Origin: Mycobacterium tuberculosis H37Rv
GTDB lineage: Bacteria; Actinomycetota; Actinomycetes; Mycobacteriales; Mycobacteriaceae
Length of the DNA: 32,000 nucleotides
NCBI RefSeq assembly: GCF_000195955.2
Contig: NC_000962.3
Span: 3,240,001-3,272,000, forward strand
Direction: 5' to 3'
Shown here in pieces: positions 11,076 to 27,736 of this stretch; the first letter of the stretch is position 1; every line of letters starts with the position of its first letter. The translations under genes and the position numbers were made by a program. The notes under the pieces are model-generated. The model was given only the letters and a program-made list of their open reading frames with translations, searched no databases and was not told the origin of the DNA.

Positions 11076-14000
11076 TGCGAACGGCTTTCAGCCGGATTTC
11101 CGGTATGACCGCGCAACAGCGCACCTCCCTAGCCGACGAGTTCGACAGGGTCTCTCGCATCGCCGTGGCCGAGCCGGTTGCGGTGGTTGGCATCGGCTGC
11201 CGCTTTCCGGGAGATGTGGATGGACCAGAGAGTTTCTGGGACTTTCTGGTCGCGGGCAGGAATGCGATCTCGACGGTGCCGGCAGATCGATGGGACGCAG
11301 AAGCGTTTTACCACCCCGACCCGCTAACACCGGGGCGGATGACGACGAAGTGGGGCGGCTTCGTCCCTGACGTCGCGGGCTTCGACGCCGAATTCTTCGG
11401 TATCACACCGCGGGAAGCCGCGGCGATGGACCCGCAGCAGCGAATGCTGCTGGAGGTTGCCTGGGAAGCACTCGAACATGCCGGCATACCACCGGATTCC
11501 CTCGGCGGCACCCGAACCGCCGTCATGATGGGGGTCTATTTCAACGAGTATCAGTCCATGTTGGCCGCCAGTCCGCAGAACGTAGACGCCTACAGCGGGA
11601 CCGGAAATGCACACAGCATCACGGTGGGTCGCATCTCCTACCTGTTGGGATTACGGGGTCCGGCGGTCGCGGTGGACACCGCCTGCTCGTCGTCGTTGGT
11701 GGCTGTGCACCTGGCGTGTCAGAGTCTGAGGCTGCGCGAGACCGATCTGGCTCTCGCCGGTGGAGTGAGTATCACCCTTCGCCCAGAGACCCAAATCGCT
11801 ATCTCTGCCTGGGGATTGCTGTCCCCGCAGGGCCGGTGTGCCGCATTCGATGCGGCGGCAGACGGATTTGTGCGCGGTGAGGGCGCCGGAGTGGTAGTGC
11901 TCAAGCGGTTGACGGACGCGGTGCGCGACGGCGACCAGGTGCTGGCGGTGGTGCGCGGTTCGGCAGTCAACCAGGACGGCAGGTCCAATGGCGTAACGGC
12001 GCCGAATACGGCAGCCCAGTGCGATGTGATCGCCGATGCCTTGCGATCCGGCGATGTGGCGCCTGACAGCGTGAATTACGTAGAGGCCCATGGAACCGGC
12101 ACGGTGCTGGGCGACCCGATCGAATTCGAGGCCCTGGCCGCCACGTATGGCCACGGCGGGGACGCATGCGCGTTGGGTGCGGTGAAAACCAACATCGGTC
12201 ATCTGGAGGCGGCCGCCGGGATCGCGGGGTTCATCAAGGCGACGCTGGCGGTACAACGCGCGACGATCCCGCCGAATCTGCATTTCTCGCAATGGAATCC
12301 AGCTATCGATGCCGCGTCGACCAGGTTTTTCGTTCCCACGCAGAACTCCCCGTGGCCAACCGCGGAGGGGCCGCGCCGGGCGGCGGTGTCGTCGTTCGGA
12401 TTGGGCGGGACGAACGCACACGTGATCATCGAGCAAGGTAGCGAGCTGGCTCCGGTATCCGAAGGCGGCGAGGACACCGGGGTGTCGACGTTGGTGGTGA
12501 CGGGTAAGACGGCCCAGCGGATGGCCGCGACGGCGCAGGTGCTGGCCGACTGGATGGAAGGTCCGGGCGCCGAGGTGGCCGTAGCTGATGTCGCCCACAC
12601 GGTCAACCATCACCGGGCCCGCCAAGCCACGTTCGGCACCGTCGTAGCCCGTGACCGCGCCCAGGCGATAGCCGGACTGCGCGCGCTGGCCGCCGGCCAA
12701 CACGCTCCCGGAGTGGTGAGCCACCAGGACGGTTCGCCGGGGCCGGGCACCGTATTCGTCTACTCCGGCCGCGGCTCGCAGTGGGCCGGGATGGGTCGCC
12801 AATTGTTGGCCGACGAGCCGGCTTTCGCCGCCGCGGTCGCCGAGCTGGAACCGGTGTTTGTCGAGCAAGCCGGCTTCTCGCTGCGCGACGTGATCGCCAC
12901 CGGCAAGGAGCTAGTCGGTATCGAGCAGATCCAGCTTGGCCTGATCGGCATGCAACTGACATTGACTGAGCTATGGCGCTCCTACGGGGTGCAGCCCGAC
13001 CTGGTGATCGGCCACTCCATGGGCGAGGTGGCCGCCGCCGTGGTCGCCGGAGCGCTGACTCCGGCCGAGGGTCTGCGGGTGACCGCCACCCGCGCACGGT
13101 TGATGGCGCCATTGTCCGGCCAGGGCGGCATGGCACTGCTGGGACTCGATGCTGCGGCCACCGAAGCGTTAATCGCGGACTACCCGCAGGTGACAGTGGG
13201 GATCTACAACTCGCCGCGGCAGACCGTGATCGCCGGGCCGACCGAACAAATCGATGAGTTGATCGCCCGGGTGCGCGCGCAAAACCGGTTTGCCAGTCGG
13301 GTCAATATCGAAGTCGCCCCGCACAATCCGGCCATGGATGCGCTGCAGCCGGCGATGCGTTCGGAGCTGGCCGATCTGACCCCACGGACCCCCACCATCG
13401 GAATCATCTCCACCACCTACGCAGACTTGCACACCCAACCGATCTTCGACGCCGAACACTGGGCCACCAACATGCGCAACCCCGTGCGCTTCCAGCAGGC
13501 CATCGCTTCCGCCGGTAGCGGCGCCGACGGCGCCTACCACACCTTCATCGAGATCAGCGCACACCCGCTGCTGACCCAGGCGATTGCCGACACCTTGGAA
13601 GACGCGCACCGCCCAACCAAGTCCGCAGCGAAATACTTGAGCATTGGCACCTTGCAGCGTGATGCCGATGACACGGTCACCTTCCGCACCAACCTCTACA
13701 CCGCCGACATCGCCCACCCACCGCATACCTGTCACCCGCCCGAGCCGCACCCCACCATCCCCACCACACCCTGGCAACACACCCACCACTGGATCGCCAC
13801 CACGCACCCGAGCACGGCAGCGCCAGAAGATCCGGGCAGCAATAAGGTTGTGGTGAACGGACAATCGACATCCGAGAGCCGTGCGCTCGAAGACTGGTGC
13901 CACCAGCTGGCCTGGCCGATCCGCCCGGCAGTCAGCGCCGACCCGCCCAGCACCGCCGCCTGGCTCGTGGTGGCAGACAACGAACTCTGCCACGAGCTGG

Positions 14001-15688
14001 CCCGTGCGGCCGATTCTCGGGTAGACAGCCTCTCGCCGCCGGCGCTCGCAGCAGGCAGCGATCCGGCCGCACTGCTCGACGCGCTGCGCGGTGTGGACAA
14101 CGTGCTCTACGCTCCACCCGTCCCCGGTGAACTCCTCGATATTGAATCGGCCTACCAGGTTTTCCACGCAACGCGACGGCTAGCCGCCGCGATGGTCGCC
14201 AGCAGCGCCACGGCTATTTCCCCGCCGAAGTTGTTCATCATGACCCGCAACGCCCAGCCCATCTCGGAAGGCGACCGAGCCAACCCTGGCCACGCTGTGC
14301 TGTGGGGTCTCGGCCGGTCGCTGGCACTAGAGCATCCTGAAATCTGGGGCGGCATAATCGATCTCGACGATTCGATGCCCGCAGAGCTGGCCGTGCGGCA
14401 TGTGCTGACTGCAGCCCACGGTACCGACGGGGAGGATCAGGTCGTATACCGGTCGGGCGCACGCCATGTACCCCGGCTGCAGAGGCGAACTCTTCCGGGG
14501 AAACCGGTCACGTTGAATGCCGACGCCAGCCAGCTCGTCATCGGTGCGACCGGCAACATCGGACCGCATCTCATCCGACAGCTCGCGCGGATGGGGGCTA
14601 AGACAATCGTCGCGATGGCTCGCAAGCCCGGCGCGCTCGACGAGTTGACCCAATGTCTCGCTGCGACCGGAACAGATCTCATCGCGGTGGCCGCCGATGC
14701 GACCGATCCCGCCGCCATGCAAACCCTGTTCGACCGATTCGGCACGGAGCTACCGCCACTGGAGGGAATCTATCTGGCGGCCTTTGCGGGCCGCCCAGCG
14801 CTGCTGAGCGAGATGACCGACGACGACGTGACCACCATGTTTCGTCCCAAGTTGGACGCCTTGGCGTTGTTGCACCGACGGTCACTGAAGAGCCCAGTGC
14901 GCCACTTCGTTTTGTTCTCTTCGGTGTCAGGTCTGCTGGGTTCTCGATGGCTCGCCCATTACACCGCGACCAGCGCCTTCCTGGACAGCTTCGCCGGCGC
15001 GCGTCGCACCATGGGCCTGCCGGCCACCGTCGTCGACTGGGGACTGTGGAAGTCGCTGGCCGATGTGCAAAAAGACGCGACTCAAATCAGCGCGGAATCC
15101 GGGCTGCAACCCATGGCTGACGAGGTGGCCATCGGCGCGCTACCGCTGGTGATGAACCCCGATGCGGCAGTCGCGACCGTGGTGGTTGCCGCGGACTGGC
15201 CCTTGTTGGCCGCGGCATATCGAACGCGGGGAGCCCTTCGCATAGTCGACGACCTGTTGCCGGCACCGGAAGACGTCGGGAAGGGCGAAAGCGAATTCCG
15301 CACATCGTTGCGTAGCTGCCCGGCGGAGAAACGACGGGACATGTTGTTCGACCATGTGGGCGCCTTGGCCGCCACGGTGATGGGAATGCCGCCCACGGAG
15401 CCGCTCGATCCGTCGGCCGGCTTCTTCCAACTCGGCATGGACTCGCTAATGAGCGTGACACTTCAGCGGGCGTTGTCGGAAAGCCTGGGCGAGTTCTTGC
15501 CGGCGTCCGTGGTTTTCGACTATCCGACCGTTTACAGCCTCACCGACTACCTGGCCACCGTCCTGCCTGAGCTCCTCGAAATTGGGGCAACCGCAGTCGC
15601 AACCCAGCAAGCCACCGACTCCTACCACGAACTGACCGAAGCCGAGTTGTTGGAACAACTTTCGGAACGACTAAGAGGAACACAATGA
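11072..15688 (+). CDS. ppsB: Phthiocerol synthase module 2: KS-AT-KR-ACP
   Basis: 1538-aa ORF with a GTG start at 11072 that overlaps the ppsA stop (GTGA).
- KS Cys at 11684-11686
- AT GHSMGE, Ser at 13016-13018
- atypical KR motif GATGNIG at 14543-14563, and AHYTATS
- ACP LGMDSL, Ser at 15443-15445. Confidence 0.95.
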   Translation: MMRTAFSRISGMTAQQRTSLADEFDRVSRIAVAEPVAVVGIGCRFPGDVDGPESFWDFLVAGRNAISTVPADRWDAEAFYHPDPLTPGRMTTKWGGFVPDVAGFDAEFFGITPREAAAMDPQQRMLLEVAWEALEHAGIPPDSLGGTRTAVMMGVYFNEYQSMLAASPQNVDAYSGTGNAHSITVGRISYLLGLRGPAVAVDTACSSSLVAVHLACQSLRLRETDLALAGGVSITLRPETQIAISAWGLLSPQGRCAAFDAAADGFVRGEGAGVVVLKRLTDAVRDGDQVLAVVRGSAVNQDGRSNGVTAPNTAAQCDVIADALRSGDVAPDSVNYVEAHGTGTVLGDPIEFEALAATYGHGGDACALGAVKTNIGHLEAAAGIAGFIKATLAVQRATIPPNLHFSQWNPAIDAASTRFFVPTQNSPWPTAEGPRRAAVSSFGLGGTNAHVIIEQGSELAPVSEGGEDTGVSTLVVTGKTAQRMAATAQVLADWMEGPGAEVAVADVAHTVNHHRARQATFGTVVARDRAQAIAGLRALAAGQHAPGVVSHQDGSPGPGTVFVYSGRGSQWAGMGRQLLADEPAFAAAVAELEPVFVEQAGFSLRDVIATGKELVGIEQIQLGLIGMQLTLTELWRSYGVQPDLVIGHSMGEVAAAVVAGALTPAEGLRVTATRARLMAPLSGQGGMALLGLDAAATEALIADYPQVTVGIYNSPRQTVIAGPTEQIDELIARVRAQNRFASRVNIEVAPHNPAMDALQPAMRSELADLTPRTPTIGIISTTYADLHTQPIFDAEHWATNMRNPVRFQQAIASAGSGADGAYHTFIEISAHPLLTQAIADTLEDAHRPTKSAAKYLSIGTLQRDADDTVTFRTNLYTADIAHPPHTCHPPEPHPTIPTTPWQHTHHWIATTHPSTAAPEDPGSNKVVVNGQSTSESRALEDWCHQLAWPIRPAVSADPPSTAAWLVVADNELCHELARAADSRVDSLSPPALAAGSDPAALLDALRGVDNVLYAPPVPGELLDIESAYQVFHATRRLAAAMVASSATAISPPKLFIMTRNAQPISEGDRANPGHAVLWGLGRSLALEHPEIWGGIIDLDDSMPAELAVRHVLTAAHGTDGEDQVVYRSGARHVPRLQRRTLPGKPVTLNADASQLVIGATGNIGPHLIRQLARMGAKTIVAMARKPGALDELTQCLAATGTDLIAVAADATDPAAMQTLFDRFGTELPPLEGIYLAAFAGRPALLSEMTDDDVTTMFRPKLDALALLHRRSLKSPVRHFVLFSSVSGLLGSRWLAHYTATSAFLDSFAGARRTMGLPATVVDWGLWKSLADVQKDATQISAESGLQPMADEVAIGALPLVMNPDAAVATVVVAADWPLLAAAYRTRGALRIVDDLLPAPEDVGKGESEFRTSLRSCPAEKRRDMLFDHVGALAATVMGMPPTEPLDPSAGFFQLGMDSLMSVTLQRALSESLGEFLPASVVFDYPTVYSLTDYLATVLPELLEIGATAVATQQATDSYHELTEAELLEQLSERLRGTQ
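12482..13796 (+). repeat. AT-domain cassette, copy B (in ppsB)
   Basis: See copy A. At protein level it runs from STLVVTGKTAQR... to ...TPWQHTHHWI and is over 90% identical to PpsA, whereas the flanking KS and KR regions are much more diverged. Confidence 0.85.
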
Positions 15689-18600
15689 CCGCAGCGACAC
15701 CAGATCGCCGAGCGATCATCACCGAGGCGCTGCACAAGATCGATGATCTCACGGCGCGCCTGGAAATCGCCGAAAAATCCAGCAGCGAACCGATCGCGGT
15801 GATCGGCATGGGTTGCCGGTTCCCGGGCGGGGTCAACAACCCCGAACAGTTCTGGGATTTGTTGTGCGCCGGCCGAAGCGGCATCGTCCGGGTTCCCGCG
15901 CAGCGGTGGGACGCCGACGCCTACTACTGTGATGATCACACCGTGCCGGGGACCATCTGCAGCACCGAAGGCGGTTTTCTCACCAGCTGGCAGCCAGATG
16001 AGTTCGATGCGGAGTTCTTCTCAATCTCCCCGCGCGAAGCGGCGGCGATGGACCCGCAGCAGCGATTGTTGATTGAAGTTGCGTGGGAAGCGCTAGAAGA
16101 CGCGGGCGTCCCGCAACACACCATTCGCGGTACGCAAACCTCGGTATTCGTCGGTGTCACCGCCTACGACTACATGCTCACGCTGGCGGGCCGGCTACGA
16201 CCTGTTGACCTCGACGCGTACATCCCAACCGGGAACTCGGCGAACTTCGCCGCCGGACGGCTGGCCTACATCCTCGGGGCACGCGGACCCGCGGTGGTCA
16301 TCGACACGGCCTGCTCATCGTCGTTGGTGGCGGTGCACCTGGCATGCCAGAGCCTGCGCGGGCGGGAAAGCGATATGGCGTTGGTGGGTGGAACCAACCT
16401 TTTGCTGAGCCCGGGACCCAGCATCGCTTGCTCGCGATGGGGGATGCTGTCACCGGAGGGGCGGTGCAAGACCTTCGATGCGTCCGCCGATGGATACGTG
16501 CGCGGCGAGGGTGCCGCGGTGGTGGTGCTCAAGCGGCTGGATGACGCGGTGCGCGACGGCAACCGCATTCTTGCCGTGGTACGCGGTTCGGCGGTCAACC
16601 AGGACGGTGCCAGCAGCGGAGTGACCGTTCCCAACGGGCCAGCGCAACAGGCGTTGCTCGCCAAAGCATTGACGTCGTCGAAGTTGACAGCGGCCGATAT
16701 CGACTACGTCGAGGCCCATGGAACTGGTACTCCGCTGGGCGACCCGATCGAACTCGATTCACTGAGTAAGGTTTTCAGCGATCGAGCGGGTTCGGATCAG
16801 TTGGTGATTGGATCGGTGAAGACCAATCTCGGTCACCTGGAAGCGGCGGCCGGTGTCGCCGGGCTGATGAAAGCCGTGCTCGCGGTACACAACGGCTACA
16901 TTCCGCGGCATCTTAACTTCCACCAGCTGACACCACATGCAAGTGAGGCCGCATCTCGGCTGAGGATCGCCGCCGATGGTATTGACTGGCCAACCACCGG
17001 TCGACCTCGCCGGGCGGGGGTGTCGTCGTTCGGCGTCAGTGGGACGAATGCACACGTGGTGATCGAGCAGGCACCCGATCCGATGGCCGCTGCGGGAACG
17101 GAGCCGCAGCGCGGCCCCGTTCCCGCGGTGTCGACGCTGGTGGTGTTCGGCAAGACCGCACCGCGGGTGGCTGCGACGGCATCGGTGCTGGCAGATTGGC
17201 TGGACGGCCCCGGCGCGGCGGTGCCGCTGGCCGATGTCGCGCACACCCTCAACCATCACCGGGCCCGTCAGACCAGGTTCGGCACGGTAGCCGCTGTCGA
17301 TCGGCGCCAAGCGGTGATCGGGTTACGCGCGCTGGCCGCGGGTCAATCCGCCCCCGGGGTGGTGGCACCCCGCGAAGGCTCCATCGGAGGCGGCACGGTG
17401 TTCGTCTACTCGGGACGAGGATCGCAGTGGGCCGGAATGGGGCGCCAACTGCTGGCCGACGAGCCGGCATTCGCCGCTGCCATCGCCGAACTGGAGCCGG
17501 AATTCGTTGCTCAAGGCGGGTTTTCGCTGCGCGACGTGATCGCCGGCGGAAAAGAGTTGGTTGGCATCGAACAGATCCAGCTGGGACTGATCGGGATGCA
17601 GCTGGCGCTGACCGCGTTGTGGCGCTCATACGGCGTGACACCCGATGCGGTGATAGGTCACTCGATGGGCGAAGTGGCCGCCGCGGTGGTGGCCGGGGCG
17701 CTGACCCCGGCCCAGGGATTACGGGTGACCGCGGTCCGGTCGAGGCTGATGGCGCCGCTGTCCGGGCAGGGCACGATGGCGTTGCTGGAACTCGACGCCG
17801 AAGCCACTGAGGCGCTGATTGCCGACTACCCCGAGGTGAGCCTGGGGATCTATGCCTCCCCACGCCAAACCGTGATTTCCGGGCCGCCGCTATTGATCGA
17901 CGAGCTCATCGACAAGGTGCGCCAACAGAACGGCTTCGCTACCCGAGTCAACATCGAGGTGGCCCCCCACAACCCGGCCATGGATGCACTGCAACCGGCG
18001 ATGCGTTCGGAATTGGCCGATCTCACCCCGCAACCGCCGACCATCCCGATCATCTCCACCACCTACGCCGACCTCGGCATTTCCCTGGGTTCCGGCCCCA
18101 GGTTCGACGCCGAGCACTGGGCAACCAACATGCGCAACCCGGTACGGTTCCACCAGGCCATCGCTCATGCCGGCGCCGATCACCACACCTTCATCGAGAT
18201 CAGCGCCCACCCGCTGCTGACCCACTCGATCAGCGACACCCTGCGCGCCAGCTACGATGTCGACAACTATCTGAGCATCGGCACCTTGCAACGCGACGCT
18301 CACGACACCCTCGAGTTCCACACGAACCTCAACACGACCCACACCACCCATCCCCCCCAGACTCCCCACCCCCCCGAACCCCACCCCGTGCTGCCCACCA
18401 CCCCATGGCAGCACACCCAGCACTGGATCACCGCCACGTCGGCCGCTTACCACAGGCCCGACACCCACCCGTTGCTTGGCGTCGGTGTCACCGACCCCAC
18501 TAACGGCACCCGGGTTTGGGAAAGCGAGCTCGACCCTGATCTGCTGTGGCTCGCCGATCACGTCATCGACGATCTCGTTGTGCTGCCCGGGGCGGCCTAC

Positions 18601-21600
18601 GCTGAGATCGCGCTGGCGGCCGCGACCGACACCTTCGCAGTCGAGCAAGATCAGCCCTGGATGATCAGCGAGCTCGACCTTCGGCAGATGCTGCATGTGA
18701 CCCCAGGCACCGTGTTGGTCACCACGCTCACCGGCGACGAGCAGCGATGCCAGGTCGAAATACGCACCCGCAGCGGGTCTTCGGGATGGACCACCCACGC
18801 CACCGCCACCGTTGCCCGCGCCGAGCCGTTAGCACCGCTGGATCACGAAGGACAGCGGCGCGAGGTAACCACTGCCGACCTCGAGGACCAACTGGATCCC
18901 GACGACCTGTATCAGCGCCTGCGCGGCGCCGGCCAACAGCACGGACCCGCGTTTCAAGGCATCGTGGGGCTGGCCGTCACGCAAGCTGGCGTGGCCCGTG
19001 CGCAAGTACGGCTACCCGCATCGGCCAGAACGGGTTCCCGTGAGTTCATGCTGCACCCGGTGATGATGGATATCGCGTTGCAGACACTGGGAGCCACCCG
19101 GACGGCGACCGATCTGGCCGGCGGCCAGGACGCCCGGCAGGGCCCATCTTCCAACTCGGCCTTGGTGGTACCGGTGCGTTTCGCCGGTGTCCACGTGTAC
19201 GGCGATATCACCCGCGGGGTTCGCGCGGTCGGCTCTCTGGCCGCAGCCGGTGACCGGCTGGTCGGCGAGGTAGTCCTGACCGACGCGAATGGCCAACCGC
19301 TGCTGGTCGTCGATGAAGTCGAGATGGCGGTGCTCGGATCCGGCAGTGGCGCAACGGAACTCACCAACCGCCTATTCATGTTGGAGTGGGAGCCCGCACC
19401 GCTGGAAAAGACCGCCGAGGCTACGGGTGCCCTGTTGCTGATCGGTGACCCCGCCGCGGGTGACCCGCTGCTGCCCGCGCTGCAGTCGTCGCTGCGCGAC
19501 CGCATCACCGACCTCGAGCTGGCATCCGCGGCCGACGAAGCCACGCTGCGCGCGGCGATCAGCCGAACCTCCTGGGACGGGATCGTTGTGGTCTGTCCGC
19601 CCCGAGCGAACGACGAATCGATGCCGGACGAGGCTCAACTGGAGTTGGCACGCACACGCACGCTGCTGGTCGCCAGCGTGGTCGAGACCGTGACGCGAAT
19701 GGGTGCCCGCAAGAGCCCCCGACTGTGGATCGTCACCCGTGGCGCTGCACAGTTCGACGCAGGCGAGTCGGTCACGTTGGCGCAGACCGGCCTACGTGGC
19801 ATCGCACGGGTGCTGACATTTGAGCATTCGGAGTTGAATACCACCCTCGTAGATATCGAACCGGACGGCACCGGCTCGCTGGCCGCCCTGGCCGAGGAGT
19901 TGCTTGCCGGTTCCGAGGCCGACGAGGTCGCCTTGCGCGACGGTCAACGCTATGTCAACCGGCTGGTGCCCGCACCCACCACGACCAGTGGTGATCTCGC
20001 CGCCGAAGCTCGCCACCAGGTGGTGAACCTGGACAGCTCGGGCGCTTCCAGGGCAGCTGTCCGACTGCAGATCGATCAACCCGGACGGCTGGACGCACTA
20101 AACGTTCACGAGGTGAAACGGGGCAGACCGCAAGGCGATCAAGTCGAGGTTCGCGTCGTCGCCGCCGGACTCAACTTCAGCGACGTGCTCAAAGCGATGG
20201 GCGTGTATCCGGGACTCGACGGTGCCGCGCCGGTGATCGGCGGCGAATGTGTCGGCTACGTGACGGCCATCGGTGACGAGGTTGACGGCGTCGAGGTCGG
20301 ACAGCGAGTTATCGCATTCGGCCCTGGCACATTCGGGACCCATCTGGGGACCATCGCCGATCTCGTCGTCCCAATTCCGGACACGCTAGCCGACAACGAG
20401 GCGGCCACGTTCGGCGTCGCCTATCTCACCGCCTGGCACTCGCTGTGCGAGGTCGGGCGCCTATCCCCCGGCGAACGCGTGCTCATCCATTCCGCCACCG
20501 GCGGTGTTGGAATGGCGGCGGTCTCGATCGCGAAGATGATCGGCGCCCGCATCTACACGACGGCCGGTTCGGACGCCAAACGGGAAATGCTTTCCAGGCT
20601 CGGTGTCGAGTACGTCGGCGACTCGCGAAGCGTGGATTTCGCTGACGAGATCCTCGAGCTGACAGACGGCTACGGTGTGGACGTCGTTCTCAATTCGCTG
20701 GCGGGCGAGGCGATTCAACGCGGCGTGCAGATCCTTGCGCCCGGTGGCCGGTTCATCGAACTGGGCAAGAAGGACGTCTACGCCGATGCCAGCTTGGGCT
20801 TGGCCGCGCTAGCCAAGAGCGCGTCCTTCTCCGTGGTCGACCTCGACCTGAATCTCAAGCTGCAGCCGGCGCGCTACCGCCAACTCCTGCAACACATCCT
20901 GCAGCACGTGGCGGATGGCAAACTCGAGGTACTTCCCGTCACCGCATTTAGCCTGCACGATGCGGCCGACGCATTCCGGCTTATGGCATCCGGTAAACAC
21001 ACCGGCAAGATCGTCATCTCGATACCCCAGCACGGCAGCATCGAGGCGATCGCTGCCCCGCCACCACTTCCTCTGGTCAGCCGCGACGGCGGCTACCTCA
21101 TCGTCGGCGGTATGGGTGGTCTCGGATTCGTCGTCGCGCGCTGGCTGGCTGAGCAAGGTGCGGGACTGATTGTCCTCAACGGACGCTCGGCCCCCAGCGA
21201 CGAGGTGGCAGCCGCTATCGCGGAGCTGAACGCCTCCGGTAGCCGGATCGAGGTGATCACCGGCGACATCACCGAGCCAGACACCGCCGAGCGGCTGGTG
21301 CGGGCGGTCGAAGACGCCGGGTTCCGGCTGGCCGGGGTGGTGCACAGCGCGATGGTTCTCGCCGACGAGATCGTGTTGAACATGACCGATTCCGCCGCTC
21401 GGCGAGTGTTCGCCCCGAAGGTCACCGGCAGCTGGCGGCTTCATGTGGCCACCGCCGCGCGCGACGTCGACTGGTGGCTGACCTTCTCCTCGGCCGCCGC
21501 GCTGCTGGGCACTCCCGGGCAGGGCGCGTACGCCGCCGCCAACTCGTGGGTCGACGGCCTGGTCGCGCATCGGCGCTCGGCCGGACTTCCCGCTGTCGGG

Positions 21601-22247
21601 ATCAACTGGGGCCCGTGGGCCGACGTTGGACGCGCGCAGTTCTTCAAAGACCTCGGGGTGGAGATGATCAACGCCGAGCAGGGGCTTGCCGCCATGCAGG
21701 CGGTACTCACCGCCGATCGCGGGCGCACCGGTGTGTTCAGCCTCGACGCGCGGCAGTGGTTCCAATCGTTCCCCGCTGTGGCGGGGTCCTCGCTGTTCGC
21801 GAAGCTGCATGACTCGGCGGCCCGCAAAAGTGGGCAGCGGCGCGGCGGGGGCGCGATTCGCGCTCAGCTAGACGCCCTCGACGCGGCCGAACGCCCAGGC
21901 CACCTCGCGTCCGCGATCGCCGACGAGATCCGTGCGGTGCTGCGCTCAGGCGATCCCATCGATCACCACCGACCGCTGGAAACCCTGGGACTCGACTCGC
22001 TGATGGGCCTGGAATTGCGCAATCGGCTGGAAGCAAGTCTGGGCATCACGTTGCCGGTCGCGTTGGTGTGGGCATACCCGACGATCAGCGATCTCGCGAC
22101 CGCCCTGTGCGAACGAATGGACTACGCGACACCCGCGGCTGCGCAGGAGATTTCCGATACAGAACCCGAACTGTCCGACGAGGAGATGGATTTGCTCGCC
22201 GATCTGGTTGACGCCAGCGAGCTGGAAGCTGCGACGCGAGGCGAGTC

Positions 22248-22251
<4 letters not shown>
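15685..22251 (+). CDS. ppsC: Phthiocerol synthase module 3, fully reducing: KS-AT-DH-ER-KR-ACP
   Basis: 2188-aa ORF with an ATGA overlap onto ppsB.
- KS Cys at 16312-16314
- AT Ser at 17662-17664
- DH HPLLG plus [13 protein letters not shown] (His at 18559-18561) and [10 protein letters not shown]
- ER NADPH motif TGGVG at 20497-20511
- KR GGMGGLG at 21106-21126
- ACP LGLDSL, Ser at 21997-21999. Confidence 0.95.
17128..18435 (+). repeat. AT-domain cassette, copy C (in ppsC, more diverged)
   Basis: It has the same block architecture ([12 protein letters not shown] ... [10 protein letters not shown]). I estimate roughly 80% identity to copies A and B. The related antisense shadow ORF is 17850..18062. 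Confidence 0.7.
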
Positions 22252-27731
<5,480 letters not shown>

Positions 27732-27736
27732 GACCT

